Positions 47,719-60,481 of a stretch of 64,000 bases of DNA are shown here, in pieces. This stretch comes from Candidatus Eiseniibacteriota bacterium (GTDB lineage: Bacteria > Eisenbacteria > RBG-16-71-46 > CAIMUX01), in NCBI GenBank assembly GCA_963833505.1, contig CAWHYG010000007.1, positions 195,964 to 259,963 on the forward strand. Direction: 5' to 3'. Below the pieces are notes generated by a model. The model had not been told where the DNA came from. It worked only from the letters and a program-made list of their open reading frames with translations, and did no database searches. The translations under genes were made by a program, and so were the position numbers. Within the stretch, counting starts at the first letter, position 1; the number at the start of each line of letters is the position of its first letter.

Positions 47719-50700
47719 TTGAAGCGACGATCCGGAATGATCCGGCGCCGAAGCTCCGGAGTCTGCGCCCTCTTCCTGCTCCTTCTGTTCGCGGCGGGGC
47801 CAACCGGTCCCCGGAGAACTGGAGCGGAGTCGGAGTTTGCCGTGCCCGGCGGCGCGGCCGCTCATCCGGCGGACGGGGCGGGAGCTCCCGCATCCGATCC
47901 GGGGCGGGGTGCGGATGAGACGCAGCCTGATTCCGCCAAGGTCGCGCCTCCGGACACCCTGCCCGCGCCTCGCGCCAGGCCGATTCCCCCGGTCTCGAAC
48001 TCCGCGGCTCGGCCGGATTCCGCGCGGTCGGTGGGTCCGGACACGCTGCCGGCGTCCCATCCCACGCCGGCTCCGCAGGCGGCCACGACCGCGGCTCGGC
48101 CGGATTCCGCGCGGTCGGTGGGTCCGGACACGCTGCCGGCGTCCTATCCCACGCCGGCTCCGCAGGCGGCCACGACCGCGGCTCGGCCGGATTCCGCGCG
48201 GTCGGCGCGTCCGGACACGCTGCCGCCTTCCAATCCGGCGCCGGCTCCGCAGGCGGCCACGGCCGCCGCTCGAGCCGATTCCTTCCGGGTGGCCCTGCCC
48301 GACACCCTGCCGATCCCAGCCCCGGTGGAGGAGATCACCTCCTCCGACACCAGCCGAGCCGGCCTACCTGTTGAGAATCCAGCGCAACCGGACACCTCCA
48401 AGGGCCGCGGGACCAAAGCGGCTCCGGTGGCGGCTGCGGGAGTCCTGGCTGCCGCGCTCGCCGCCGGCGATACGGCGGCCGTCCGCCAGGCGTTCGCGCA
48501 ATTTCCGTTCTGGGTTCCGCCCCCGGGACTGTGCCCGAGTCAACAGGCGTTTCTCTTTCGGGTCGTCTCCGAGGAGCGGTGGGCCGACGTCATCCGGACC
48601 GGAGGGTTTCTCAAGCCTGAGATCCAGATGCGTGAAGACAGCCTGACCGCGCGGCTCATCATCCCGGAGGCGCCTCGCCTGAGCCTTGCCGACCAGGTGA
48701 CCCAGCAGGCGTCACCCCACGCCGACGACGGCGCGATCGAGCTCACGCGGACGGTCCGGGACACGCCGGTGGAGCCTCCGGTTCGAATGACCCAGGCCGA
48801 ATACCTGTCGCGTCTGACCCAGACGCAGTTCCGGCAGTTCTGGAAGGAGACGGTGGATCAGAGCCTCCGGAACAACGCGACCCAGGAAAACGGCCGGAAA
48901 GGGCTGCTCCGATTCGATCTGCCCGTCCAGCTTCCCTCGCAGCTTCAGACCATCTTCGGGGCCGGCAATCCCGATCTGTCCTGGCGCGGAAGCGAGAAGA
49001 TGTCGTTCGGCGGCACTTCCATCTGGCATCCCAATCTGATTGCCAACGAAATCGCCGCCAAGGAGTCGAAGTTCCCCCAGCTCGAGATGAAGCAGGACCT
49101 GAACTTCTCCCTCACCGGCACGATCGGGGACAAGGTCTCGGTGGACCTCGATCAGGCGACCGACACGGCCACGCCGCTCGCGAACAAGATCAAGATCCGC
49201 TACAAGGGATACGACGACGAGGTCGTCCAGAAGATCGATCTCGGCAACACCAGCCTGAGCCTGCCGGGCACGCAGTACGCCACCTACAGCGGAAACGTCG
49301 AAGGCCTGTTCGGAATCAACGCCCTGTCGCGCCTGGGCCCGGTCGACGTCACGACCATCCTCTCGAAGCAGGAGGGGCAGAACGAGTCGAAGACGGTGAG
49401 CGCCGCGGCCGAAACGAAGACGATCCAGATCAACGACATGGACTACATCGCGGGGAAGTACTTCTTCCTGCGCACTCCGAACGGTTGTCCCTGGCAGCTC
49501 GACCAGAACTCGCTCAGCGTCTTCCTCGACGACAAGAACGGATCCAACGACGTGCAGCAGGGAGCGATTCCGGGGAAAGCGACCCTGGACGGCAACTCCG
49601 CCGACGGCGGCCACAGCTATCCGGGCATGTTCTACCGGCTCCAGCCGGGACCGCCTCCCGACGGCCAGTACGAGATCCAGAATGACGTCTACACCGGCCA
49701 GCCGGTGCTGATCCTGAATGACGCACTGAACGACCGGTACGCCCTCGCCGTGACCTACGCCGGCTGGTATCTCGACGCCAACCTCCACCCCGACCAGGGC
49801 AGCCCGATCCACGTCGGTCAGATCGCGGCGGACACGCTGCGGCTCGAGTTGCTCCGTCCTTCCGTCTCCGATCTCTCGACCAATCGGAGGCAGGGAACCT
49901 GGGGCCCGCTGGCCAACCTGGAGCTTCGCAACATGTACGATCTCCAGGCTCGAGGGATCCTGAAAGCCGGGTTCCAGCTTCACATCCGGTTGAAGAGCTC
50001 AAGCGGCGGAGTCGTCGAGCCCGACCGGATCGGGCAGACCACCTTCCTGCAGATGACGGCTCTCGACCTGTCCAAGCAGACCGACACCGGTTACTCGCCC
50101 GGCCGCGACGACCTGGTCGACGACCAGTTCATCAGCTATCAAAACGGGATTCTCCACTTCCCGGACCTTCGACCCTTCGATCCCGACTCGTCCGACCTGG
50201 GGTTGCCTCCGGTACGCTGCAACGGTTTCGCCTACGCCCGCTATGGTCCGGCCAGCCCGGCCGATCCGACCGATTGGGTGAACTCGACCCTCCGGACCTA
50301 TGACACCCAGACGGCCTACCGCCCCAGGGTGCTGCCGATGTCGCCCGACTCGGCCAGCCTGTTCCGGGCGCCCGCCATCTATGACAACGTGATCCGCCAG
50401 GACACCGACAGCCGCTACTACCTGGAGATCACCTACAGCAGTCCGGTCAGCAAGATCGATCTCGGCGCCGTCGGGATCCTGGCGGGCAGCGAAACGGTGA
50501 CGGCGGGGGCGAGGACCCTGGTGCGGGACCGCGACTATCGGATCGACTACGACGTCGGGGAGGTCGAGATCCTTCCGGCCGCCGGCATCACCGAGTCGGA
50601 CCAGATCCACGTGACCTACTCCTATCTGCCGTTCGCCGGCACGGGCGGACAGAAGACGCTGTTCGGCACCGCCGCCTCCTATGCGCCCGAGCAGGGCAAT

Positions 50701-53700
50701 CTGTCCTTGTCGACCGCCTGGCTCTTCCAGAGCCAGGGCGGCGTTTCCGGCATCGAAGGGAACCGGCCCCGCCTGGGCCAGGAGCCGTCCCGCACGCTGG
50801 TGGGAGAGGTGGCCGGAACGTACAAGACCGACTCCAGGCTGATCACGAAGCTCATCGACGACATTCCGGGAGTGGACACGCGCCTCCCGACCAAGATCGA
50901 CCTGGCGGTCGGAGCCGGCATCTCCGTGCCGAACCCGAACACGAAGAACGTCCTTTACATCGACGACTTCGATGGAGTGAAGGACGACACGCCGCTCAGC
51001 ATGAACCGGCTGTCCTGGCGATGGAGCTCCATCCCGGGATCGGACCTGACCGGCGCCGCCCTCCAGACGAAGGCGAATCGACATGGGGAGCTGTGGTGGT
51101 ACTCCCCGCGCAACATCGTGCATGAGAGGGATCTCCAGCCGACGCTGGACCAGCAGGAGGGCGAGAACAGCCACCAGGTCATGATGCTGCAGTTCTATCC
51201 GCACGTTCCGGACACGGACAGTCCCGACAGTTCCTGGGCCGGGCTCACCACGCCGATCTCGGTCACCGGCCAGGACTTCTCTCGCGCCCAGTTCCTCGAC
51301 ATCTGGGTCAACGACTTCATCCAGTGGCCCGACGTCCTGCACCGGCGCCGCGGCAAGCTGCACATCGACCTGGGCAAGGTGAGCGAAGACGCCATGTGGT
51401 ACAAGAACGACCCGTCCGCTCCGGCTGACCAGTGGAAGGTCGTGCTCCCGAATGGAAAGCTCGACACCGAGGACGCCAACCGGGACGGCAAGCTCGACCA
51501 GACGGAGGACGTTGGTCTGGACGGCATCAAGCACGGCGATCCGGGGGCCGATCCCAACGACGTCTATCAGTACGATGACAGCGCCCCGGAGTCCGACCAG
51601 AAGTACGCGCACGTCAACGGGACCGAGGGCAACCAGATTCTCGACACCGAGGACCTGGACGGCGACGGCCAGCTCGAGACCCAGAACTCCTACTTCGAAA
51701 TCACCGTGGATCTGGGGGACTCGACCCTGTGGCAGACCGACGTCTACCGCGACTATCCGGGCTACCGTGGCAAGCTCGATTCGTCCAACGGCTGGCGCCG
51801 GATCCGCATCCCCCTGCAGGTGGACACCCTGGTCCATCCGGTGTACGACTTCGCCGCCGGTCCTCCGGTCTGGGCCAAGATCTTTCACGCGCGCCTCTGG
51901 GTCTCCGGGCTCTCGGCTCCGACCCAGATCGAGCTGGGCGGCATCGACATCACCGGCAATCGGTGGTTCCAGAGCCAGATCGCCGACTTGAGGGGCCGCC
52001 TGCTGCCCGACAGCGCCCTGGCGCCGGGGGAGAGCTTCTTCATCGGGACGGTGAACAACAAGGACGACGCGTCCATCTATCAGTCGCCGGTGACGATCCA
52101 GAAGGACGCCAACAACATCCCCGAGCAGGAGCAGTCCATCACGCTGAACCTCACCGAGTTCCAGCCCGGGCACGCGGCCACCATCTACCGGACGTATCCG
52201 GACCGCCAGGACTACACCTTGTACAACGACATGCAGTACTACGTGAGCGGATACAACCAGGGGAGCTCCAATCTGGTCTGCGGGGTGCGGCTCTGCCGGG
52301 ACGCGGTCTCCGATTCGGCCAACTATTACGAGTATCAGATCCCGGTGAAGTCCGAATGGCAGCTCGTCGACATCAATCTGGCCGCCCTGAGCCGGCTGCA
52401 GCTTTTGCGTCCCGACACGGTCAGCGGCATGGTGGCGCAGGATCTCGGTAACGGCGTCCGCATGATCCGGCGGGGAGCGCCCTCGTTGAACAGCGTCCAG
52501 AGGATCAGCTTCGTCGTGTACAACACGGGGAGCTTCCCGGTGACCCAGGGGAGCGTCTGGATCGACGAGCTGCGTCTGACCGACGTCAAGAAGGACGTGG
52601 GGCTCGCGGCCCGCATGCACCTGGGGGCGGATCTCGGCGGCCTGGCCCGTCTGGACCTGAGCTACCAGCGCACGGGGGCCGACTTCCTCACGGTGGGAGC
52701 GGATCGCGGCAGCGGCACCACGACGACGACCTGGGGTTTCGCCGGGTCGAGCGACAACCTGTTCGGATTCGGCGACCGTCTGGGCCTGAACCTGCCGGTC
52801 CACGTGACCTACAACGACACGCGGGCCGTGCCGAAGTTCCGCCCGAACAGCGACCTCATCCTGGACACGCCCCGGACCGGCGACATCTCGGTGACCAACA
52901 GCGAGGAGTTTTCGTTCACCGCCCAGCGGAAGCAGTCCCCGGAGTGGTGGAGCCGGTATCTGCTCGAGCCCTTCTCCTTGAGCGGGCGCGTGAATCGGTC
53001 GCTCGATCTCGAGCCCACCAGCCAGGACACCTCGGTGACCCGGAGCGGCTCGGTGGCCTGGAACTTCTCTCTCGAGCAATGGGGGGACATCGGGCTGAGC
53101 CAGAAGATGAAACTCCGCCTGATCCCCACCATGCTGTCCGCCACGGTGACCGGCGCGACCACGCAGGACCGGCGCTATTACCGGAGCGACGTCAATTCGG
53201 ACTACGCGCCTCAGCCCAGCCAGGACCTGACCTCCGCTGGCCTCGCCTTGTCTGCGGCTGCCCGGCCCTTGACGCCGGTGACCTATCGCATCGACAGCAC
53301 GCGCGATCTCATGCTCCACGAGGGGGAGATGAAGCTGTTCGGCATGAACCTGGGGGAGGAGACGGCGCGCCACCACCAGCTCAGCGCTTCAACCGACATT
53401 CCAATCCTGAGACAGATCCTGTCCCCGAGGGTGTCCTGGTCGGGCAACTCCGGTCTGGCCGCCGCCATCCAGACCTCGGTGCTGCCGGGGGAACCCGCGC
53501 GGCAGCTCTCCTTCAACAACTCGCGAACGACGGACTGGGGGGGACGCCTCTCGCTGCCCGATCTGTTCCACGGCCTGACCACCTTCGGGCGCCGTCGCGC
53601 CGCCCAGGACACAACCGGCGGAAAGGGGTCGCGGGCCAATGGAGCTTCACCGCTCCCCGGGTCTCTGGCTCCGAACGCGCCCCCGCCCGCGCCTTCCGGA

Positions 53701-55227
53701 CGGTTTCCTTCGCCCGGCCGGTTGTCGAATCCAGAGCCGGGCGGCGCGCCGGACTCGAATCCTGGTTCTCGTTTCTCGAACCCGCCGTCGGGCGGCCCAT
53801 CGTTCTCGAACCCGATGCCTGGCGCGGACCAGAATCCGACCTCGAACCCGGCTACGAATCCGGAAACGAGCCCGGCCACGAACCCGACGACCAACCCGCC
53901 CACGAATCCGGCAACGAGCCCGGCTACCAACCCCGCGACGAACCTGGCAACAGGCCCGGCCACGAATCCGGCAACGAGCCCGGCCACGAACCCGACGACG
54001 AATCCCCCAACGAACCCAGCGCCCGCCACGAACCAGAGGTCACCGGTCTCGGGTCCGGATTTGCCGATCGCCCCGGAATCCCCACCGGTGCCTCCGGGGC
54101 TTCCGTATCAGCCGCCGGAGCCCGAGCCCGCCCAGCCCGGGGCGGAGGGCACCCCGCCAAGTGGCGGGACCGCCCAGCCGTCTCCCTCGGCGCAACCGGG
54201 AAATGAGGCCGCTCAGTCGCCCGCCGGCGCAACCCAGAACCCGGCGCCGGGAACGAAACCACCGCCGTCGCCTCACGCCGGGTCCCTGGCCCGCCAGCTG
54301 GGCGTGAGCTTCATGTCCCTCGGCGCCATCGAGATCTCCTACGGTCTCAGCACCCAGACGAGCTACTCGAGCCAGAAAGGGGAGCCGAGTCTCTTCTACC
54401 AGCTTGCGTTCGTGAACAGTCCGGGGCCGGGCGCTCAGGCGCTGAGTCGCGCCACCGCCACCGAGACCAACTCGCAAACCCTCGACCTGAGCACCAACCT
54501 CAAGCTTCCCCGGGCGATCAATGTTGCGCCGCGGTACTCCCGTTCGACCGGTCAAACGGCCACGAACGGACTCACGACGATGACCAACGACCTCAAGTGG
54601 CCCGATCTCGACATCAGCTGGGGCAATCTGTACCAGGCGATCGGATTGGGCAGATGGTTCCAGGGCTTCCAGGCGAACACCCACTACAGCAAGGAGAGGC
54701 GGATCCAGGGTTCGACCGACTACCCGGAGACGAACCTGACCTCGGGCTATTCTCCGCTGCTCAACGTCAACGCCACGTTCAAATCGGGCGTGACCGCCAC
54801 CCTGAATTCCAGCTACACCTCCACCTCCGACCTGCTTACGGGCGCGGGCGAGGCCGGCGGGTACGAAACCGAAAACGACACGGACCACCTGCAATGGACG
54901 ATCACCTTCAAAAAGACCTTGAACCTGACGAAGAAGATCGCCGTGCCGATGACCAAGGAAGTCAAGACGGTGCAGACGAGGGTCGATCTCAACGCGAGCC
55001 TCGACTACATCGCCGACAAGCGGGAAACCCGAGCCTCCGGCCAGCCTCCGGTGGTGACCGACAACCGCGCGAGCGTCAAGTTCGAAGCCGGCCTGGGCTA
55101 TCAGTTCACCCAACGGATCAACGGAACCGGGTCGCTCAACTTCGGCAAGGACGTCGACAAGAAGAACGACGCCAATTCCGTGAATCAGCTCGGACTCGTC
55201 TTCACCGTCACCTTCTCGCTGGACTGA
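47719..55227 (+). CDS. sprA: giant outer-membrane protein, SprA-like (candidate type IX secretion translocon), 2502 aa
   Basis: ORF 47719..55227 with no internal stop; signal peptide; beta-rich throughout, ending in a beta-barrel-like C-terminus (...QLGLVFTVTFSLD); calcium-binding-like DxDxDG repeats; size matches SprA (~2400 aa); family assignment is from memory, not a search. Confidence 0.6.
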   Translation: MKRRSGMIRRRSSGVCALFLLLLFAAGPTGPRRTGAESEFAVPGGAAAHPADGAGAPASDPGRGADETQPDSAKVAPPDTLPAPRARPIPPVSNSAARPDSARSVGPDTLPASHPTPAPQAATTAARPDSARSVGPDTLPASYPTPAPQAATTAARPDSARSARPDTLPPSNPAPAPQAATAAARADSFRVALPDTLPIPAPVEEITSSDTSRAGLPVENPAQPDTSKGRGTKAAPVAAAGVLAAALAAGDTAAVRQAFAQFPFWVPPPGLCPSQQAFLFRVVSEERWADVIRTGGFLKPEIQMREDSLTARLIIPEAPRLSLADQVTQQASPHADDGAIELTRTVRDTPVEPPVRMTQAEYLSRLTQTQFRQFWKETVDQSLRNNATQENGRKGLLRFDLPVQLPSQLQTIFGAGNPDLSWRGSEKMSFGGTSIWHPNLIANEIAAKESKFPQLEMKQDLNFSLTGTIGDKVSVDLDQATDTATPLANKIKIRYKGYDDEVVQKIDLGNTSLSLPGTQYATYSGNVEGLFGINALSRLGPVDVTTILSKQEGQNESKTVSAAAETKTIQINDMDYIAGKYFFLRTPNGCPWQLDQNSLSVFLDDKNGSNDVQQGAIPGKATLDGNSADGGHSYPGMFYRLQPGPPPDGQYEIQNDVYTGQPVLILNDALNDRYALAVTYAGWYLDANLHPDQGSPIHVGQIAADTLRLELLRPSVSDLSTNRRQGTWGPLANLELRNMYDLQARGILKAGFQLHIRLKSSSGGVVEPDRIGQTTFLQMTALDLSKQTDTGYSPGRDDLVDDQFISYQNGILHFPDLRPFDPDSSDLGLPPVRCNGFAYARYGPASPADPTDWVNSTLRTYDTQTAYRPRVLPMSPDSASLFRAPAIYDNVIRQDTDSRYYLEITYSSPVSKIDLGAVGILAGSETVTAGARTLVRDRDYRIDYDVGEVEILPAAGITESDQIHVTYSYLPFAGTGGQKTLFGTAASYAPEQGNLSLSTAWLFQSQGGVSGIEGNRPRLGQEPSRTLVGEVAGTYKTDSRLITKLIDDIPGVDTRLPTKIDLAVGAGISVPNPNTKNVLYIDDFDGVKDDTPLSMNRLSWRWSSIPGSDLTGAALQTKANRHGELWWYSPRNIVHERDLQPTLDQQEGENSHQVMMLQFYPHVPDTDSPDSSWAGLTTPISVTGQDFSRAQFLDIWVNDFIQWPDVLHRRRGKLHIDLGKVSEDAMWYKNDPSAPADQWKVVLPNGKLDTEDANRDGKLDQTEDVGLDGIKHGDPGADPNDVYQYDDSAPESDQKYAHVNGTEGNQILDTEDLDGDGQLETQNSYFEITVDLGDSTLWQTDVYRDYPGYRGKLDSSNGWRRIRIPLQVDTLVHPVYDFAAGPPVWAKIFHARLWVSGLSAPTQIELGGIDITGNRWFQSQIADLRGRLLPDSALAPGESFFIGTVNNKDDASIYQSPVTIQKDANNIPEQEQSITLNLTEFQPGHAATIYRTYPDRQDYTLYNDMQYYVSGYNQGSSNLVCGVRLCRDAVSDSANYYEYQIPVKSEWQLVDINLAALSRLQLLRPDTVSGMVAQDLGNGVRMIRRGAPSLNSVQRISFVVYNTGSFPVTQGSVWIDELRLTDVKKDVGLAARMHLGADLGGLARLDLSYQRTGADFLTVGADRGSGTTTTTWGFAGSSDNLFGFGDRLGLNLPVHVTYNDTRAVPKFRPNSDLILDTPRTGDISVTNSEEFSFTAQRKQSPEWWSRYLLEPFSLSGRVNRSLDLEPTSQDTSVTRSGSVAWNFSLEQWGDIGLSQKMKLRLIPTMLSATVTGATTQDRRYYRSDVNSDYAPQPSQDLTSAGLALSAAARPLTPVTYRIDSTRDLMLHEGEMKLFGMNLGEETARHHQLSASTDIPILRQILSPRVSWSGNSGLAAAIQTSVLPGEPARQLSFNNSRTTDWGGRLSLPDLFHGLTTFGRRRAAQDTTGGKGSRANGASPLPGSLAPNAPPPAPSGRFPSPGRLSNPEPGGAPDSNPGSRFSNPPSGGPSFSNPMPGADQNPTSNPATNPETSPATNPTTNPPTNPATSPATNPATNLATGPATNPATSPATNPTTNPPTNPAPATNQRSPVSGPDLPIAPESPPVPPGLPYQPPEPEPAQPGAEGTPPSGGTAQPSPSAQPGNEAAQSPAGATQNPAPGTKPPPSPHAGSLARQLGVSFMSLGAIEISYGLSTQTSYSSQKGEPSLFYQLAFVNSPGPGAQALSRATATETNSQTLDLSTNLKLPRAINVAPRYSRSTGQTATNGLTTMTNDLKWPDLDISWGNLYQAIGLGRWFQGFQANTHYSKERRIQGSTDYPETNLTSGYSPLLNVNATFKSGVTATLNSSYTSTSDLLTGAGEAGGYETENDTDHLQWTITFKKTLNLTKKIAVPMTKEVKTVQTRVDLNASLDYIADKRETRASGQPPVVTDNRASVKFEAGLGYQFTQRINGTGSLNFGKDVDKKNDANSVNQLGLVFTVTFSLD
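48007..48267 (+). repeat. in-frame 87-bp tandem repeat x3 (29-aa unit ARPDSARSVGPDTLPASHPTPAPQAATTA) in the N-terminus of the SprA-like gene
   Basis: Three near-identical copies (1-2 nt differences) seen in both nucleotide and protein sequence. Confidence 0.85.
53640..54270 (+). repeat. low-complexity Pro/Thr/Asn/Ser-rich region with short tandem units (TNPA/ATNP) inside the SprA-like gene
   Basis: Translation ...NPATNPETSPATNPTTNPPTNPATSPATNPATNLATGPATNPATSPATNPTTNPPTNPAP...; ~66-bp units repeated at DNA level. Confidence 0.8.
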
Positions 55228-55766
55228 CAGCCCGATCCTCGCCCGACTGACGGTCCGTTCCGTCGGCGACTCCATCCTCCGATCGGCGATGGCCTGCCGG
55301 CCCTTTGCGCGCCTACCGGATCCGGCCCTCCGCGAACCGACGCGTGGGCCGAGGGTTCGAAACCGCCCCTTCGGAACGGCCGGGTCTCCGTCTGAGGTGG
55401 CCGTTCCCATCCGGCAGCCCCACGGGCCATGCCTCGAGGCTGAGCTATAGACATGATTGGCGGGCGCGAACGGTTCTGGCATACTGAGGAAGATGTTCCG
55501 TCCCGAACTGGCTCCCGGAAACTCCGGCGGGCCGGGGAGGTCGCAGCGACTCACATCTGCGGGGGATACCTGGTGGCCTAGGTTTTCCCATGGAGTCAGA
55601 ACCGACGGCTGGGGCCGTTGAGGAGCCTGCCGCCCCGTTTGATTTGGACGGGGGGCAGGGGGTCACTCTGCCCTTGCCACGGTGTCCGACCCTGTGTACG
55701 GTGAGACTGCGTGGACGGACGTCCACGTTTTTGTTTGAGCGGAGGTGTCTCTCCGGGGAGACTGGG

Positions 55767-56303
55767 GTGAGGCAGGCGGAATTAGCCGAGCTGGTTCGAC
55801 CTCTGCTCAATGAGGAGAAGTGTGAGCTGGTCGAGTGCTCGGTGTCGCGGACGGCGCACGGCCAGACCTTCCGCGTCTCAATCGATCGGGAGGGAGGAGT
55901 GCCCATTGAGGCCTGCGCGCATGTCAGCCGGAAGATGGCCTTGCTCCTCGACGCCAATCCGCTTCTCCGAGGCACGTATCAGCTCGAGGTCTCCTCGGCC
56001 GGAATGCACCGGCCCATCTGGAGCGTGGAGCACTTCCTGCGGTTTCAAGGGGCGCCGGTCCGGATCGAGCTGGCGGATCCGGCGGCCAATCCCCGCCGCA
56101 TCCGGGGAACGATCGGTCCGGTGGAAGGAGAGCGGGTCCGGATCCGGCTGGAGGGAAACGGGGGCGAGATCGTGTTGAGCCTGGGCGAAATCGGCCGCGC
56201 GCAGCTCAACCTGGACCCCTGGAAGAAGAGGGAAGCGATCGGGCTGGAAGGGACGGATCGGCGAGATCATGGCAATCATGGCGACGACGGACGAAATCCT
56301 TGA
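55767..56303 (+). CDS. rimP: ribosome maturation factor RimP
   Basis: Within ORF 55590..56303; LVRPLLNEEKCELVECSV ... YQLEVSSAGMHRPIW ... FQGAPVRIEL matches RimP; start set at GTG after ggggag. Confidence 0.8.
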   Translation: MRQAELAELVRPLLNEEKCELVECSVSRTAHGQTFRVSIDREGGVPIEACAHVSRKMALLLDANPLLRGTYQLEVSSAGMHRPIWSVEHFLRFQGAPVRIELADPAANPRRIRGTIGPVEGERVRIRLEGNGGEIVLSLGEIGRAQLNLDPWKKREAIGLEGTDRRDHGNHGDDGRNP

Positions 56304-57761
56304 GGCCTTGCGGCAGATCGCCCGCGAGAAGAGCGTCGATCGGAAACTTCTGATCGAGACCCTGGAAGCGGGCATTCTGAGCGCGGCCAAGAAGCGCTAT
56401 GCGACCGCGGCCGACGTTCAGGTGGCCTTTGACGACATCACCGGAAGGATCAAGGTCCTGGTCCACAAGAAGGTCGTGCCTGTGGCCATCGACCTGGAAG
56501 GGGAGATCGACCTGGAGGAGGCGACCACGCTGATTCCCGGCATCCGGGTCGGCCAGACCATTCCGGTCGAAGTTCCGGTGGCGGAGTTCGGGCGCAACGC
56601 CATCCAGGCCGCCAAGCAGGTGCTCGTCCAGCGCGTCCGCGAGGCGGAACGGGACAACGTCTATCAGGAGTTCATCGACCGGAAGGGGCAGGTCGTGTCC
56701 GGCACGGTCTCGCAGGTCGATCGCGGCAGCGCCATCGTCAAGATCGGCAAGACCGAAGGCATCATTCCGCCCCGCGAGCTCATGTACCGGGATCGCTTCA
56801 AGATCGGCGACCCCGTGCGGGCCCTGCTCCTGGACGTCGATCGGAACCAGAAGGGGCCGATGCTGGTCCTCTCGCGCACCAACCCCGAGTTCGTGCGCCG
56901 GCTCTTCGAGAACGAGGTGCCGGAGATTTTCGAGCGGGTCGTGGAGATCCGCGAGATCGCCCGCGAACCAGGGTCGCGGACCAAGATCACGGTGATCTCG
57001 CACGACGACCGCGTGGATCCCGTGGGCGCCTGCGTCGGAATGAAGGGCTCGCGGGTCCAGTCCATCGTGCGCGAGCTGGGGGGCGAGCGGATCGACATCG
57101 TTTCCTGGAGCCCCGATCCCAAGATCCTGGTCAGCCGCGCGCTGTCGCCCGCCCGGGTGCTGGACGTCCAGATCCACGCCGAAGAGAAGCGGGTCACGGT
57201 CATCGTGTCGGACGATCAGCTCAGCGTGGCGATCGGCAAGGGCGGGCAGAACGCCCGTCTGGCCTCCAAGCTGACCGGCTACGGCATCGACCTCAAGAGC
57301 CAGTCCCAGGTCGAGCTGGCCGGCGGCGGCGGACCCGCGATCGAGCTGGAAGATCTGAGCAAGGAGCTGGGACCGCGCCTGGTCGAGCGCCTGATCAAGG
57401 CGGGCAAGGAGACGTTGCAGGACGTCCTCGGGACCTCCGCCGAGGACTTGATGGAAATCCCCGGGATCGGCGAGAAGACTGCGGGCCGCCTGCTGGCGCT
57501 GGCGCGCCAGATCCTGGACGAGCGGGCGGCGGGAGCCGGTCGGGAAGGCGAATCGGAGTCGGCCCAAGGCCCCGAAGAGGGCGCGGAGACGGCGCCGAGC
57601 GCGGCCGCCAGCGCCGAGACGCCCGAAGAGCCCGCGGAGGGAACGGATCTGGAGGCTGCGGCCCCGTCCGGCGGGGAGTCGGCGGAACCGGCGCCGGAGA
57701 GCGGGTCGGAGGCTGAGCCGGGAGGGCGTCCGCCGGCGGACGAGACGGGGGAGGAACGGGA

Positions 57762-57765
<4 letters not shown>
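56269..57765 (+). CDS. nusA: transcription termination/antitermination factor NusA
   Basis: ORF 56269..57765; S1 and KH domains (GACVGMKGSRVQSIVRELGGERIDIV, AIGKGGQNARLASKLTGYGIDL); acidic C-terminal tail. Confidence 0.95.
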
Positions 57766-60113
<2,348 letters not shown>

Positions 60114-60171
60114 CGCCGCGGCGGCGGGGCGGCGGTGGTGCCGCGGGCGAACGCCCGGCCGGAGAACGCGG

Positions 60172-60480
60172 ATGTACTATGGAGTCGCGCGGCTCGAGTT
60201 CTTCATCGGCCAGAGCCGCTCCCTCAAGGACAAGCGGGCCGTCCTGAATCGGCTCAAGGCGCGGCTCGAGAATCGCTTCCGGATCGCCGTGGCGGAAGTC
60301 GACTACCAGGACCTCTGGCAGCGCTGCGCTCTCGGGGTCGCGCTCGTCGCCCAGGGCGCGGAGTCGGCCCGGAACGGCCTTCAGGCGGTCCGCCGCGAGG
60401 CGGAAGCGGACCTCAGGATCGAGATCATCGACTTCCGCGTCCGGGTTGAGCCCTTCGAGGACGGTCACTTCGAGGAATGA
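60172..60480 (+). CDS. DUF503 family protein (YlxP-like), conserved between infB and rbfA
   Basis: ORF 60172..60480, 102 aa; MYYGVARLEFFIGQSRSLKDKRAVLNRLKARL; conserved operon position. Confidence 0.7.
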   Translation: MYYGVARLEFFIGQSRSLKDKRAVLNRLKARLENRFRIAVAEVDYQDLWQRCALGVALVAQGAESARNGLQAVRREAEADLRIEIIDFRVRVEPFEDGHFEE

Positions 60481-60481
60481 G

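Noticed and set aside
49999-53376. 1125-aa minus-strand ORF antisense to the SprA-like gene
   Set aside because: The + strand ORF is uninterrupted for 7.5 kb with strong codon bias; the antisense ORF is Gly/Arg/Pro-rich noise.
55330-55360. tRNA-like T-arm motif (gggttcgaaacc) in the sprA-rimP spacer
   Set aside because: Flanking sequence does not pair into a T stem and I could not assemble acceptor or anticodon arms on either strand.
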